Of a stretch of DNA of 13,923 bases, positions 13,163-13,923 are shown in pieces. The notes below the pieces were generated by a model that did no database searches, was not told the DNA's origin, and was given only the letters and a program-made list of their open reading frames with translations. Both the position numbers and the translations under genes were made by a program. The stretch covers positions 1 through 13,923 of the forward strand of contig JAEOTQ010000039.1 of assembly GCA_016839785.1 (NCBI GenBank), read 5' to 3'. The stretch is from Candidatus Hodarchaeota archaeon. GTDB taxonomy: Archaea > Asgardarchaeota > Heimdallarchaeia > Hodarchaeales > Hodarchaeaceae. Each line of letters starts with the position of its first letter. Position 1 is the stretch's first letter.

Positions 13163-13816
13163 TCAATTATCATTGTGAAAATCCTCATCAATTTCCGGTA
13201 TTACGGTAGAAGCAATTCTTTTAAAGAAAGCTAATTCATCTATTTGATGGTAATCAGATAAAATAAGTGAATCATTTATAATCTTTAAATAAAGAGTATT
13301 TCCATAATACACTTCATTATCAAAGACGAAAAAATCTTTGTTTTTTGCATTTGGGGTGAGGCGATTGAATGGAGATTCAAAATTCAATGAAAAAGAATCT
13401 AGTACACTGTAAATCCCATCGGGAAGTATTTCAAATCCAATTAGTGTGTCATTCATAATCCATAATGGAATAGCTAATTTCTTATTCTTCCAATGGCCAA
13501 TAAGAGCTAAATTGATCGAATCTTGATGATCCCGTTGAATGAAACTAATAGAACAGTCTTGGAAAAAATGGATTATAAATTTCCAGAAGAAATCTTTCGC
13601 TTGGGAAAAGTAAATTGGTAGGGGGAGTTCGAAAAGAGTGGATAATGATGCCCCAAAATCACTCACATCAAACTCCACCATCCAGGAATGTAAGTCTAAC
13701 TTAAGATAATCACGTATCGAATGAATTTCTACAATTTTACTCGAATGCTTCATTGTCTTCATCTTCGCTATTCTCTGTCTATGTACTTTATAAGCACCTA
13801 AAAATCCAGTTTTCAC
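13163..13816 (-). CDS. Hypothetical protein (217 aa)
   Basis: GTG start preceded by a strong SD GGAGGTGA and overlapping the upstream stop. Globular composition, no recognised motif. Confidence 0.85.
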   Translation of the reverse strand: MKTGFLGAYKVHRQRIAKMKTMKHSSKIVEIHSIRDYLKLDLHSWMVEFDVSDFGASLSTLFELPLPIYFSQAKDFFWKFIIHFFQDCSISFIQRDHQDSINLALIGHWKNKKLAIPLWIMNDTLIGFEILPDGIYSVLDSFSLNFESPFNRLTPNAKNKDFFVFDNEVYYGNTLYLKIINDSLILSDYHQIDELAFFKRIASTVIPEIDEDFHNDN

Positions 13817-13923
13817 GCATCACCTCCCTGAAAATGAAGCTGTGGCAGTATTTCTTGTCGTACAAATCGGAGAAACCAGCGAGCTATACATACTAATTCA
13901 TCCATTTGTTTAACTGTCACTAA
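13813..13923 (-). CDS. 3' end of an upstream gene running off the window (partial)
   Basis: Open frame from the window edge: ...LVTVKQMDELVCIARWFLRFVRQEILPQLHFQGGDA*. Its TGA (13813-13815) overlaps the next GTG as GTGA. Confidence 0.7.
   Translation of the reverse strand, partial: LVTVKQMDELVCIARWFLRFVRQEILPQLHFQGGDA
13820..13827 (-). promoter_or_regulatory. Shine-Dalgarno site GGAGGTGA
   Basis: Plus-strand TCACCTCC at 13820-13827, which matches the 16S rRNA 3' tail sequence, lies just upstream of GTG 13816. Confidence 0.85.

Noticed and set aside
13152-13165. TGATG stop/start overlap after the 217-aa gene
   Set aside because: The ATG opens only Met-Gly-Glu-stop.

Overview
AT-rich prokaryotic chromosomal window with clearly archaeal features: a PolB3-like polymerase with a uracil-sensing pocket, a GGAGGTGA ribosome-binding site, oligo-T terminators and a heavily N-glycosylatable surface protein. 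The protein style suggests Asgard archaea (Heimdallarchaeia/Hodarchaeales-like), which is inference only. Gene order: uncharacterised polytopic membrane protein (+), family B DNA polymerase (+), ~1950-aa alpha-2-macroglobulin/thioester protein with signal peptide and C-terminal membrane anchor (+), proline-rich protein ending in a WH2-like helix-LKKI motif (-), divergent myo-inositol-1-phosphate synthase (+), acylphosphatase (+), a frameshifted ~96-aa gene (+) with a short TPR-like remnant (-) beside it, a 217-aa hypothetical protein (-), and the 3' end of its translationally coupled upstream gene (-). No mobile element, CRISPR array or structural RNA gene was recognised. Most interesting: the membrane-anchored thioester protein with an intact GCTEQ motif and an aromatic bait region, the Pro-rich/WH2-like candidate actin regulator, active-site deviations in PolB and Ino1, and a direct/inverted 12-bp repeat element in the divergent promoter region.
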